DNA of 64,000 nucleotides. Source: a virus. Of the stretch, positions 19,888-29,728 are shown in pieces. A program made the translations under genes and the position numbers. How positions within the stretch are numbered: the stretch's first letter is position 1; every line of letters begins with the position of its first letter. Below the pieces are notes generated by a model that worked only from the letters and a program-made list of their open reading frames with translations, was not told the DNA's origin and made no database searches. The stretch lies in the IMG/VR virus record IMGVR_UViG_3300028610_001353, positions 5,540 through 69,539 of that record; one strand, given 5' to 3'.

Positions 19888-20805
19888 TTACTTAAGCCCC
19901 TCCACAATCGCCCTATGCACCTGATTGGCCAGCCGCCTTTCAGCCGACGCCCTTGCCTTCTCCGCAATCCATCGCCGGCCCGACTCATCCCGCCGGAACA
20001 CAATCTCACCGGCCTCGACAGCCCACTCAAGACCGGCCGCCGGAGGCGTGTCCGTCCCGCCGATGTCCTTCAGGATGGTTTGCAGCCCGAACTCGACAGG
20101 CCGCCAGGTGGAGCCGTCGCGATCCTTGTGCAACCCATTCCATGCGGCCCAGCCCAGCCGCTCCGGTTCGTCCGGCCGGCCGCCCAGTTGCAGGTAGAGC
20201 TTGTCGGCCCGGCCGAACCCAACCCCCGAGAACACCATCAGACAATAGGCATTCTGGCGGATCAGTTCAGCGGCCTTGGCCCCCCACTTTTCGATCAGCG
20301 TTTGCGGCAGTCGCCGCGGGAAGCCACCGCCGGTCAACAGTTCGGCCAGGTCCCGCTCGACAATCTCCCGATCCTTGTGGGCCTTGAAATACGTGGCGGC
20401 CTCCATGGCTCGTTCCGTCGAGAGTCCTTTCACCTTGGCCGCCACTTCCTCCGGGCGCTCCCTGATTGCCTCCAATGCGTCTTGCCCGTATAAATCCCAG
20501 ATCAGCTTGGCCCGCTTCCGCCCGATACCCGGGCCGCGCGTGAGGTAGGCAACGGTTCCACGCTGGCCGACCGGCTGGGCCACGCCGAACGAATGAAATA
20601 CGAATTGCTTGCCGTACTTGAGGTGCGTCGTCCAGTAGCCTCGAAATAGGTATGTGATTCCGGTTTCTAGCTCGCCTTCGCGAGCCCGGCCTTTGACGGT
20701 CGCGCCATCGTCAAGCTGAGCAATCACGGTCCGATCGTCATCTTGGCCGAACACGTACCGCTCGTAATCGAATTCGCCGGTCAGTTCTTCGTAGGTGCGC
20801 GGCAT
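19888..20805 (-). CDS. RecD2-like helicase, N-terminal half (OB-like + HhH)
   Basis: GYWTTHLKYGKQF, GPGIGRKRA..IWDLYG, NAYCL..SGVGFGRAD, ending AERRLA, all typical of the RecD2 N-terminus. Confidence 0.85.
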   Translation of the reverse strand: MPRTYEELTGEFDYERYVFGQDDDRTVIAQLDDGATVKGRAREGELETGITYLFRGYWTTHLKYGKQFVFHSFGVAQPVGQRGTVAYLTRGPGIGRKRAKLIWDLYGQDALEAIRERPEEVAAKVKGLSTERAMEAATYFKAHKDREIVERDLAELLTGGGFPRRLPQTLIEKWGAKAAELIRQNAYCLMVFSGVGFGRADKLYLQLGGRPDEPERLGWAAWNGLHKDRDGSTWRPVEFGLQTILKDIGGTDTPPAAGLEWAVEAGEIVFRRDESGRRWIAEKARASAERRLANQVHRAIVEGLK

Positions 20806-20894
20806 CTTGTGATTCCAAGGGAAAACAGGCGGCGGCGAGACGAAGGATGGCAAGAATCCGAGCAACCCCGCCGCCGCCATAAACGGCCTCGGGG

Positions 20895-21527
20895 CTAGAC
20901 GAGGTCGGAAAACGCGCTGTCGTCGCTCGACTGCTGAGCCGGAGACGCCGCTTGCTGCTGCTGGCCGCTGGCCGCCGGCTGCCCGGCCTGTCCGGCCTGT
21001 TCGGCATCCACCCAACCCGGGATGCCTTTTCCTTTTGGGTTGTCCAGCGACCACACGCGGCCCTCCGCCTTCGCGGACATCTTCTGATTGCCGGAGGCAT
21101 CCTGATAGCTGTCGTGCTTGATAACCATCAACACTTGCCGGCCAACCATGGTATCCAGCCACTTCGTGTCGAATCCCTGGCGGGCCTGCTGCCGCGCCCG
21201 GATTTCCTCGGGCGCAGTCGTCTTGGCCGCGTAGCACCAGGCCAGCAATTGCTCCTTACAAATCCTGTTGCGAATGTCGGAATACTCGCCGCTCGGCCAG
21301 GAAAGGAATTCGGTATGCGTTCGGCCCAACAGGTTTGCGTCGGCCGCGTTGACCACCTCGCACTTTACCTCAGTCGATAACCGCTTGTTCTGCAAAATCA
21401 CCTCGGTGATTGTCGCGCAAAAGCCGCCTTCCGGTAGCTTGGCTCCACTGCCGCTGCCCGGGGCATCAGGGTCGACGTCATCCATCTCGAAAGCGTCGTA
21501 TTCAGTCTGTGCAAAATCGCTACTCAT
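20895..21527 (-). CDS. Putative single-stranded DNA-binding protein (DUF669-like)
   Basis: KLPEGGF.ATITEV OB-like start and a flexible acidic C-tail (SSDDSAFSDLV); lies between the recombinase-like and helicase genes. Confidence 0.55.
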   Translation of the reverse strand: MSSDFAQTEYDAFEMDDVDPDAPGSGSGAKLPEGGFCATITEVILQNKRLSTEVKCEVVNAADANLLGRTHTEFLSWPSGEYSDIRNRICKEQLLAWCYAAKTTAPEEIRARQQARQGFDTKWLDTMVGRQVLMVIKHDSYQDASGNQKMSAKAEGRVWSLDNPKGKGIPGWVDAEQAGQAGQPAASGQQQQAASPAQQSSDDSAFSDLV

Positions 21528-21735
21528 TTTCGGATTCCTTGTTCTTCGAGTGCTTGTTGAATCAGTTCAAACTCGTTCGCATTGATCCACTGACGGCCAG
21601 CGGAAACGTCGATTGTCGGCGGCCAGCCAATAGTCCTCTCTCCGATTTCATAGACTTGCCGGCTGCCGTAGCGATAGACCAACGGAAGGAACCGCGGCGA
21701 CCAGTGAAAAATCGGGGGCCACTGGTCGGCCGCGG

Positions 21736-23157
21736 TTACAAAGGGCTTCCGGCCTTCGCCCTTTCCCACTCTGCCTGTCGAGCATCGGCCGCCTTTTGCA
21801 GAACGCCAAGCAAGGCGTCTTGGTGCTGCTCAGGCAACTCGGTGAACCGACTCACGCCATGCTTGGCAATCGCGGCCTTGAGTTTTTCGGGGTCGACTCC
21901 GCTGGCCGGAAGCAACGCCTTAAATCGCTCAATCCGATTGTTCGACGGTTGCGGCTGCGGTTGCGGCTGCGGCTGCCGGTGTGCCGCCAGATTGTCCGGC
22001 GGGGCCGCTGCGTTCAGCCGTTCGCCTTCCTTTTGTTGTTCGGCCATCTTGGCGGCAAGTTCGGTATCTTCCTGGTGGACCTTCGCCGCCTCGGCTGCCT
22101 GCCCCTCTGGAGTCTTAGCCGCCTGCCGAATCGCCATCAACTCTTTCTGGCGGTCGACAAGATTAGCCTGAGCCGTGGCAGCCTCCGCCTCCGCCTCCGC
22201 CGTGGCAAGCTTCATGGCCTGCAACTCAATCTCCGTCGGTTCGGCAATAACAACCTTCTGGCCCTTGCGCAGCTTCGCGTAGTTTGCCGGGGCCGCGATG
22301 TACTCTCGGATTGTGTCCGGCGTACACTTCTCGATTCGTGGCGGGAGAATCGGCGAATCATCGGCCGGTGTCTGGCCGAATCGGACAAGCCTTTCTTTCT
22401 TCAAGAACCCGATCGGCTCTTTCGGCACGTTGCCACTCTGGTCGGGCTGCCGCTCAAGCCGAATGTGGAGCGTTGCCAATTTGTCCAATACGTCCAAGCC
22501 TTCGGCAATTCGCTCTTTCGTTTTGCGGTCGCCCTCCCACTTCGCCTTTAGGTGGGCGTTCAAAACCACCGTTTCAAATCGCATTCGGCAATCCACGGCC
22601 AGGATGTGTCCCAGCATGGCCTTGACGTCTGGCCAGAGGAACATCGACGACGCCTTCTCGTACTGGTTCGACGTTCGGCCGAATGCGGCCGGGTGCTTTC
22701 GCAACCAATCCACCATGCCATCTTGGATCGGCGTGAATGTATCGAATCCAAAGACGCGGTACTTGCCGGGCGCGATTGATAGCATTGATAAATATGCCGC
22801 TCGGAACATGCTGGCCGCCGGCGAGTCGTTGACGTCCGCAGTGGTCTTGAGCATGGTCAACCACTTGGGATCATCCTTACTACTGGCCACAGTCTCCCGA
22901 TGAACGCCATTGAACACGGCGGCCCGCGTATCGAACCACCTGAAATTGAGAGATCCTTCGTAGGTTTCGCACGATCCCTCTTGGTCGAAAACGATCGTTG
23001 TCGGTTCGGCCTGCTCTTTCGGGAGCCTGCATACCGGGTCGATCAGCAACGGGAAGATCGACTTGCCGGAATTGACTTCACCCGATAGCACAATGATCGG
23101 GATTTTCATCCCGCCCCAAAGGGGAGCTTTCTCGGTTTGCGTTGCTTCGTCTGCCAT
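21736..23157 (-). CDS. P-loop ATPase, Sak4/AAA_24-like recombination protein
   Basis: GEVNSGKS Walker A, FDQEGS, VLNAHLK; next to the exonuclease and SSB-like genes. Confidence 0.6.
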   Translation of the reverse strand: MADEATQTEKAPLWGGMKIPIIVLSGEVNSGKSIFPLLIDPVCRLPKEQAEPTTIVFDQEGSCETYEGSLNFRWFDTRAAVFNGVHRETVASSKDDPKWLTMLKTTADVNDSPAASMFRAAYLSMLSIAPGKYRVFGFDTFTPIQDGMVDWLRKHPAAFGRTSNQYEKASSMFLWPDVKAMLGHILAVDCRMRFETVVLNAHLKAKWEGDRKTKERIAEGLDVLDKLATLHIRLERQPDQSGNVPKEPIGFLKKERLVRFGQTPADDSPILPPRIEKCTPDTIREYIAAPANYAKLRKGQKVVIAEPTEIELQAMKLATAEAEAEAATAQANLVDRQKELMAIRQAAKTPEGQAAEAAKVHQEDTELAAKMAEQQKEGERLNAAAPPDNLAAHRQPQPQPQPQPSNNRIERFKALLPASGVDPEKLKAAIAKHGVSRFTELPEQHQDALLGVLQKAADARQAEWERAKAGSPL

Positions 23158-23445
23158 CCTTCTTTTCTCCTTGATCGGAATTTCAGTTTATGCGTGCTCG
23201 CCACTTGTCAGCTTCTTTAGAATTCGCCACAACCCGACAGTCATCGCGTTCGAGTAAATGCTCTCCTTCGCGGTGATAACAACTTAATACGGCTCGCGGG
23301 CGCCAGATGTATGGGGGCGGTTGCCACGTGCCGACTAACACCCGTTTGACAACTTTTGCCTTAGCGTACGACCAGCAGCCATCTCTACCGGCGTGGTTGT
23401 AGTAATCCTCGCGACAGTCTCGGCAGAGTTCTTTTGATTTTGCCA

Positions 23446-24294
23446 TCACACCATCCCCATCTTGGCCGCCACGGCGGCAGTCAATTGCACATCCTGCTCA
23501 GCGTATTCGAGGGCCTTCTCCCGTTGCTCCGCAGGAGTCCCGGCCCCCGTGGTTGGATTCCATTCCATTTCCCCAAACCACCACCGGTGGAAGTCTTTCC
23601 CGTGAATCCCCTCGGTCTTCTGCCCGACGCCGAAAGCCTCACCCAGGGAATTCAGGCTAACGTATCCTTTCGCTCCGCAGTTCCAGTATTCCATCGTGTC
23701 GCGGAAGAGCGGGTGCCAATGTCGGCCCTGGCGAATTTCGCGAGGAACGTCGACGCCCAGTAGCCACGATCGGCGAATGAGAAACGGCAGGTCGAACGAG
23801 TTGGAGTTGTGGCCGATGATTGGAAGCTTGTTTCCAAGCCACTCGTCGACTTTTGCCCAGAACAAGCCGAGGCTATTTGCCTCATTGTCATCGCTGATTC
23901 CCACGAAGTGGCCGTCTTTAATCACCCCGATCAGCAGCACTCGCCCGGTCACTGGCGACAGAGCCGCCTTGCCCACAAACTCACCCCAGGCTTTCTCCCG
24001 ATACTCCTTGTATTTGGCAGCCACAGTATCCGGCTTCCAGCGTTTGTCACAGGTCGCTGTGAACTCCTCCAGGGTTTTCTCACGGAAGAGTTGCCGCAGT
24101 TCATCCTCCGGCCGTGGCCCGGTTTCGATGTCGTAGAATACGGCGTCGAATTTCTCGCGTTGACTCACGATCTTGTCGGCCCACTGCTCAACTTCCGTGG
24201 CCGCCGGTGAGCCAGTGAAGCCCTCCGGTCGGTTATCGGATTCCACGAGGTCTCCTAAATCGAATTCAAAAGTACGTTCGCCGGTTTCGCTCAT
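23446..24294 (-). CDS. 3'-5' exonuclease (DEDD, PolB-exo-like)
   Basis: FYDIET, GHNSNSFDLPFL, YAEQDV. Confidence 0.85.
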   Translation of the reverse strand: MSETGERTFEFDLGDLVESDNRPEGFTGSPAATEVEQWADKIVSQREKFDAVFYDIETGPRPEDELRQLFREKTLEEFTATCDKRWKPDTVAAKYKEYREKAWGEFVGKAALSPVTGRVLLIGVIKDGHFVGISDDNEANSLGLFWAKVDEWLGNKLPIIGHNSNSFDLPFLIRRSWLLGVDVPREIRQGRHWHPLFRDTMEYWNCGAKGYVSLNSLGEAFGVGQKTEGIHGKDFHRWWFGEMEWNPTTGAGTPAEQREKALEYAEQDVQLTAAVAAKMGMV

Positions 24295-25085
24295 CGCGTC
24301 TTTCTCCATATCTTGCACCGCCCCGATTTCTGATTGTCCGTCGGTCACGATCCCACTCCCGACAAATCCTTCGTCTGCCACCCCGCGAACATCAACACCG
24401 GCGGCTCACCGAAAAACGGCAGATTGCCGCGATACACCGCCACGTGGTCGGGTCGCGCCGGCGATGTCCGGGTCGTGTAGATAGTGCCATCTAGGAATGC
24501 CGACACGTTCAGCGCCGCGACGTCGCCGTGTTTGGGGCCCCCAATGAGGCGACAGACTTGATAGCTCATTAGATTCGCTCCGTTAAGGGGTGATCGTCAG
24601 CCGTCCTGGCCGTCGCGTCCTGATAGCAGTCGGGCTGCGACGTAACAACAGGCCATTTGCACTATTTTGTCGTCGCCGCATCGCGGGCCTTGATTGGCTA
24701 TCCGCCTGATATCCGGTAGATGGGTCCGCAGCGCCGCGACCAACTGATCGTCAAGGTGCGTCAGTACCATTTCCTGGTGGGTTTGCTTGCCGCTCATGAC
24801 TACTTCTCCTTTCGCGACTGGGCGTCGCGTCCTGATTGATGTTTGAGATGCAAGGGCTCGGTCTCAGCTTTGAAGAGTTTCTCCGACACCGCCTTAATTC
24901 GCTGGACCGCCCTGGTCACATTCTCTCGGCTTACCTGGTCGCGAGGGACAACCACGACGAGGCTCCAGTCCACCCAGTCGGCGATCGTCTTCACATCGTG
25001 GCCGAATCGAGAGATCTCCGAACAGGTAAATGTGATGGCCATAATTTACTTCTCCGTTGGCGGGGAAACAAAAAGGCCCCACCTA

Positions 25086-25520
25086 TCAGCGTGATGAGGG
25101 TTGCAAAGGAATACAAAAGTCATCGAGTTCAGCCTTGACGGCTTCCAGAAGCCCGTCTACGTCGATGCCCTCGCCCCTGTTGTCGATCGCGTGGTTGAGT
25201 TGGGCGCGGGAAATGAGCCCCAACTGGCAAGCGCGTAAGACAGCAAGTGTTTTGATGCAGGCGACGATGCTCGCCGCGAGGTCGTCGCCGTCTCCTCCGC
25301 ACACGTCTTTGTAGAGCATCCAGATGCGTGCGCCGTAAATACCAAAGGAGTCGAGAGAAATAAGCGGCCCAATCTCCCTGAAGGCGCATTGCGGATCGAC
25401 AACCGGAGAGTGTTTGGCTAGCTCCGTAAGCAGCCTTAGCGCCCCCGGATTGCCCTCTGCCATCTTTACACACGCATCAGCGAATGTGTCGGTAAGTTCA
25501 AGTCGCGATTCAACGGCCAT
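25086..25520 (-). CDS. Hypothetical phage protein
   Basis: MAEGNPGA...LDSFGIYGARIWMLYKDVC; clear RBS. Confidence 0.65.
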   Translation of the reverse strand: MAVESRLELTDTFADACVKMAEGNPGALRLLTELAKHSPVVDPQCAFREIGPLISLDSFGIYGARIWMLYKDVCGGDGDDLAASIVACIKTLAVLRACQLGLISRAQLNHAIDNRGEGIDVDGLLEAVKAELDDFCIPLQPSSR

Positions 25521-25605
25521 GGTTTCCGTTCCTTTGAAAGGGTGCAAAAGGCCCCACCGAACTCTCCCCGGCAAGGAAGAGCCCAGCGGGGCCGGAAGAA
25601 AGAAC

Positions 25606-25720
25606 GATGACTCCGGCAGGACTCGAACCTGCACGTGGCCTCGCCACCTCTCGGCGTCGTCTTGTTAGGGCTAGTGGTGACACGCCAGCCCACATAACGC
25701 CTCGTTACCACGGAGTCATC
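25606..25720 (-). ncRNA. tRNA-like structured RNA with non-canonical arms
   Basis: 10-bp closing stem GATGACTCCG/CGGAGTCATC, D-like arm GTAAC/GTTAT, GGGCTGG/CTAGCCC arm, extra hairpins and a perfect T-arm GCAGG-TTCGAGT-CCTGC. Confidence 0.55.
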
Positions 25721-26148
25721 GCAAGAAGAAAACGCGGCGGCCCGCCCTCGTGGCCGTCTTGCGACGTCCCGGGAAGGAGGATCTGCACACAACCCGGTAA
25801 CCACGATGGGGTGGGGCAGAGCCACCGCGTAGAAGAAATCGCAACGGGCGGGAGCGCAGCGAGCGTGAATCGGTTGCAGCCCAATTCTCTCACAAATACG
25901 CTCCCGCAGTCCGGAGGATCGCCATGGCCAACCAGGCGTAGTTGCCCCCGGAACTTCGACGCTGCACCCGCCGCCGTTGCGATAGAAAGTGCAAAAGAGT
26001 CGACGGCTCGGCCACCCAAGCCGCCGACAACGGTGGACATTGTTACCGATGTGCATATCCAGGCACGTCCGGGACCGGAGTTTATCCCGACATTGTCGCG
26101 GCGGCGGGGTGGACCCTGGGCCGCGAACTCGGCTGTTTTCAGAAGACC

Positions 26149-26343
26149 CTACTCGGGTCTGGTAACTGCACATTTCGCGTCCCTCCTCCGAATCGCCTCG
26201 AACACTTCGCGACGATGGACCGGTACTTCCGGCGGCGCGTCTACGCCCAGCCGCACCTTGCCGCCACGGATTTCCACGACCACGACCGTAATGTCGTCGT
26301 TGATGACGATTGCTTCGTCGCGCTCCCGTGTCAGTATCAGCAT
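26149..26343 (-). CDS. csrA: Carbon storage regulator CsrA/RsmA
   Basis: MLILTR..DEAIVINDDITV.VVEIRGGKVRLGVDAPPEVPVHRREV. Confidence 0.95.
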   Translation of the reverse strand: MLILTRERDEAIVINDDITVVVVEIRGGKVRLGVDAPPEVPVHRREVFEAIRRRDAKCAVTRPE

Positions 26344-26698
26344 GGTCTCCTCCGTGAGTTTCGATGGTTATGTCGTGCCGTCGTCGTCCGGCATCAACTC
26401 CAACGGTTCGTCGCCGGGCTCGCGCCATTGGTCCGGGAACGCCTCCGTTGAAATACTCGACAGTGTGTATGGTTGTTCGAGGGACGTGCCCGTTCGGTGG
26501 AGCCGCTCCTCCGCGGGCGTCCAGCGGTCGCGGATCGCATTACGTCGCGCGATGAGTTCCTCCTCCGTCGGCGTGTAGCTGGGAGCGTCGTTTGTCCTGG
26601 CCATCTTGCTCGCTCCTTGGGTCGATGGGTAAACACGCGCCCCGCCGGCTTCCTTGCCAGCGAGTGGCATCGTGCCGAACGGAGCGCGGGGAAACGAA

Positions 26699-27163
26699 TC
26701 ATGGCTGGGGTTCCGCTGACACAATTACAATGCCTTCGTCCGTTCCTCGCATAGCAACCAGTTCGTCGTAGGGATGTTTTCGCTCGTGATCGTCCACGGG
26801 GATTCTCGGCACGTCATACTCAGCAAGGAGCTTAGGCTGCATCATCCGGAGTTCCGCCAGCCATATCATGACTCCCTGGTCAGGACACGTCGGCGCGATG
26901 GCAACCCATTGATCCAGGCTGGCGAGCGAGGCGGAGGCAGACGCAATGCCTAGTTTCGGGAACCAGCGGAACAGCCACGGGCGGCATTCCTCCGCGAATC
27001 GGCCGAGCTGATGCGTATACGGCGAATCGTTTGTCATCCAGCCGAGGATCTCATAAAGGTCGCCGATGCCGTTGTCGCGGTCGCCTTTGGAGTCGGTCAA
27101 CAGTCGTCCTGTTGTTACCGTCAAGAGGACTTGCAAAGGAAAGGTTTTGGTTGGTTGGTTCAT
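26699..27163 (-). CDS. Hypothetical phage protein
   Basis: FPL..LLTVTTGRLL...LYEIL.WMT....THQL; RBS present. Confidence 0.6.
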   Translation of the reverse strand: MNQPTKTFPLQVLLTVTTGRLLTDSKGDRDNGIGDLYEILGWMTNDSPYTHQLGRFAEECRPWLFRWFPKLGIASASASLASLDQWVAIAPTCPDQGVMIWLAELRMMQPKLLAEYDVPRIPVDDHERKHPYDELVAMRGTDEGIVIVSAEPQP

Positions 27164-27177
27164 TGCTAACCTTCCAT

Positions 27178-27225
27178 TCAAAAAAACAGCCGGCGGCTCG
27201 CAACGAGATGAGTCGAGCCGCCGGC
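27178..27225 (-). terminator. Intrinsic terminator
   Basis: GCCGGCGGCTCG...CGAGCCGCCGGC hairpin followed by TGTTTTTT on the minus strand. Confidence 0.7.
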
Positions 27226-27777
27226 GTTCCACGAAACAAGACAGCAGTTCGGCGGGAAAAGCCTTCACAAAACCGCGACCACGCCGCCCATAACCAGCGA
27301 GAACAAATCCGGATTGCTCGGCAGAACAGTCCTCCGAGGCCGCCACTCGCCAAGACCACTGAGGTACGGCGTTCCTTGTGGCCGGTCGTCACCCACTTGA
27401 GCGTCGGCCCAGCAGTCCTCACATCGACTGCCATAGGTTCCGTTGTGTCTGGCTCCGCATTGACTGCATCGCATCGGGCTACCTCCGTTGCGCAAGAAGA
27501 CGCCGCGCCGGCCCCGAACGAGGTAGCATCGGAGAAGGGCCGGCGCGGCAAGGAAGAGTTTTTGATTGTCATGAGTGCTACCTCGTGTCGTGTGTCCTTT
27601 TGCACCATACCCGAGGTTTTGAGCGTTTTTGGGCGAAAACCCTAGATGTCCCGAAAACGTCCGAAAGTAACCGTATCACGTCCTTTGGCGTCCGCTTGTG
27701 GGGCTTGACGAGAGCAAGAAAAGAGAAGGACGTCGAGGTTTTTCGCCCCGGCGTCCTGAGTGGTTGAATTTGCGAAT

Positions 27778-28041
27778 GCGCCACCTGTGGCGCCACCCGC
27801 CCTATGCTTCTTGCCCTGCTTGGGGTTACGTCAAGAGCCTGCGTCAGTCGGCGTTTTACGGCACTTCACGTCCGCCAAATGGCGGTGGACCAAACTGGAA
27901 ATGAGGTGCCCCTTGACCGGGGTTGCGAGTTCGAGTCTCGTGCCCTCCGCTCGTAAGATCTTTGACAATTCGGCTTTATTGCGATTTCCCTGATTCTTGC
28001 GGGTCGTCTGCTATTGGGGGGGCGCCACCTGATGCGCCACT
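27778..28041. repeat. Paired GCGCCAC direct repeats on each side of the attP core (arm-type integrase sites)
   Basis: gcgccacctgtggcgccacc at 27778-27797 and gcgccacctgatgcgccact at 28022-28041. Confidence 0.7.
27894..27951 (+). mobile_element. attP core: 3' half of tRNA-Ser(GGA)
   Basis: A-CTGGAAA-TGAGG, long variable arm, T-arm GCGAG-TTCGAGT-CTCGT, GCCCTCC and G73. The 5' half is absent. It lies about 400 bp from the integrase. Confidence 0.85.
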
Positions 28042-28353
28042 TTCTTGGTGCGTGGCGTCGGCAAACTCCATCACCAGGTGGGCCTTCCCGTGTGATTCAA
28101 CGTGGGTGGGATTCAGCCGAAAGAGCCCGCCGCCTGCGTAGTGACAGCCGACACCCTCCACCCATCGGCCCACGCAGGAAAAGGCGACGACGTTGTCGAT
28201 TTCGTCCGGCGTCAGTCCAGACTTTTCAAAATCGCGGGCGCCCTGTTCGGCCCCGCATACTGGGCAGACGAATCGCCAGTCCATGGGGTCATCGCCAAAA
28301 CGGCGTCGTGCTTCTGCTTTCCACTCGTTCACGGTTATGGGTTTCGTGTCCAT
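27976..28353 (-). CDS. VVA0879-family Zn-binding protein
   Basis: W.AEA.RRFG.D...W.F.CP.CG...SCVGR...GC.Y..GGL. Confidence 0.65.
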   Translation of the reverse strand: MDTKPITVNEWKAEARRRFGDDPMDWRFVCPVCGAEQGARDFEKSGLTPDEIDNVVAFSCVGRWVEGVGCHYAGGGLFRLNPTHVESHGKAHLVMEFADATHQESGASGGAPPIADDPQESGKSQ

Positions 28354-28355
28354 CG

Positions 28356-29450
28356 TTATTCTTCTCCCCACAGGATCGCCGCCCAATACTCGGCGTCCCG
28401 TGTATCGTACCAAGTGGTGGTGGTTTCAGCCTTCGAGTGCCTCAGTTGCATCTGGGCACCCAGGATTCCGAGTCGTTCGATCATGCGAATACCGAACGCT
28501 CGGCGGATATCATGCGAGGTGGCGGTCTTGCCGGTCTCGTGGTTGGTCACGATGCCGGCGGTTCGCCCGAACTCGCTGATGCGATTGATAACCCGCTTCT
28601 CGGTCATTTGACCGGATTTGCCGGGTATGGGAAAGACGGGGCCGTGCCGTTCGCGGGTCGGCACCTCTTCACAGATGGCCCAGAACTCCTTGGTAACGGC
28701 CGCCCACTGCCGCTTCTTGTTCTTCTGTTTCGAGAAGCGAATCAGCGGCCATTTCTTCGCCGTAACCAAGGCGATCGGTGCGTCCAGGTCCCACGAGAGT
28801 TGCAGCAGTTCCCCGATCCGCAGGCCGCTCTCCCATTGGCCGTGCAGTAGACGTTTCCACGACTCCGAGTCTTGCGGCCGGATTTTCGGCACAACTATCA
28901 ACAGCTTCTCAAACTCTTCGAGGTTGATAGCTCGGGACCGGGCGCCCGGCTCCCACTCGACCGGAACGTACGGGGCTCGTGCGATGAACCCTTCGCGTTC
29001 GGCCCAGTTCAGCGCGGCTCGAAGTCGGGCAGCGTAAGTCGCCACGGTGTTCTTTGCCGAATCACGCTGGTAGAGAACGTCGAGAAATCGCCCTACCCAT
29101 TGCCGATTGGCCGCCTGAATAGATTTGAGCGGAACCGACTCCTCGATCAGCCACTTGGTGGTCCCCCAGCTTTCGATCGACTTTGGAGACCGACGCGATA
29201 GACACCGACGTTCGTACTCGCCGCAGAACTCCAGCCACGAGGTGCCGTCGAGCGAAACGCCCGCGACAATCTGTTCGGCCAGTTCGGCGGCTTTCTGGTA
29301 GGCGTCCCGCTTGTTGAATTGGCCGAGCGTTCGTTGGCTCGGCTCGCCCGAAACTGGATCGATCCACTTGGCGACGTACCCTGCCTTTTTTCGTCGACGC
29401 GGCAAGAAGACGCTCATGTGGACTTCTCGCATTGCGGATCGTCTCGACAT
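28356..29450 (-). CDS. Tyrosine recombinase / phage integrase
   Basis: SGLRIGELLQL (R), HDIRR (HxxR), LRHS...TTTWY (H, Y); N-terminal arm-binding-like segment. Confidence 0.9.
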   Translation of the reverse strand: MSRRSAMREVHMSVFLPRRRKKAGYVAKWIDPVSGEPSQRTLGQFNKRDAYQKAAELAEQIVAGVSLDGTSWLEFCGEYERRCLSRRSPKSIESWGTTKWLIEESVPLKSIQAANRQWVGRFLDVLYQRDSAKNTVATYAARLRAALNWAEREGFIARAPYVPVEWEPGARSRAINLEEFEKLLIVVPKIRPQDSESWKRLLHGQWESGLRIGELLQLSWDLDAPIALVTAKKWPLIRFSKQKNKKRQWAAVTKEFWAICEEVPTRERHGPVFPIPGKSGQMTEKRVINRISEFGRTAGIVTNHETGKTATSHDIRRAFGIRMIERLGILGAQMQLRHSKAETTTTWYDTRDAEYWAAILWGEE

Positions 29451-29728
29451 CACTCCTCCTTCCATTGGGTGTGGTTTTTGGCAATGAAGTCCATGGCGTC
29501 CAGCACGCTCTGGACCTTCATTAGGTACCGGTGACCCAGCGGGACGTAGTCCACATCGCATTTGCGGATGAGGCTTTCTACGACTGTTCGCCGGCTGGAA
29601 TGGGTAAATGCGGCAACGTGCAGTTCCGTCGTAAAGTCTTGCGGGGAAAGAGAATAGGTGCCCTGTGAGCGGATAGACTCGATTTCCTGTTCGTATTGCT
29701 CGATAGCCATTTTGGTGATTCCGTACAT
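29450..29728 (-). CDS. Hypothetical protein
   Basis: 92-aa ORF abutting the integrase start. Confidence 0.5.
   Translation of the reverse strand: MYGITKMAIEQYEQEIESIRSQGTYSLSPQDFTTELHVAAFTHSSRRTVVESLIRKCDVDYVPLGHRYLMKVQSVLDAMDFIAKNHTQWKEE

Noticed and set aside
21945-21978. Short (PQ)n microsatellite
   Set aside because: An ordinary low-complexity linker within a coding sequence.
25606-25720. tRNA-Sec, suggested by TCA in the middle arm and long stems
   Set aside because: There is no canonical 7-nt CUUCAAA loop or Sec arm geometry, so it is kept only as tRNA-like.
25720-26145. CsrB-like sponge RNA next to csrA
   Set aside because: Only a few scattered GGA motifs, not repeated GGA-loop hairpins.
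27894-27951. Functional tRNA-Ser gene
   Set aside because: The 5' acceptor strand, D-arm and 5' anticodon stem are absent; it is better explained as attP.
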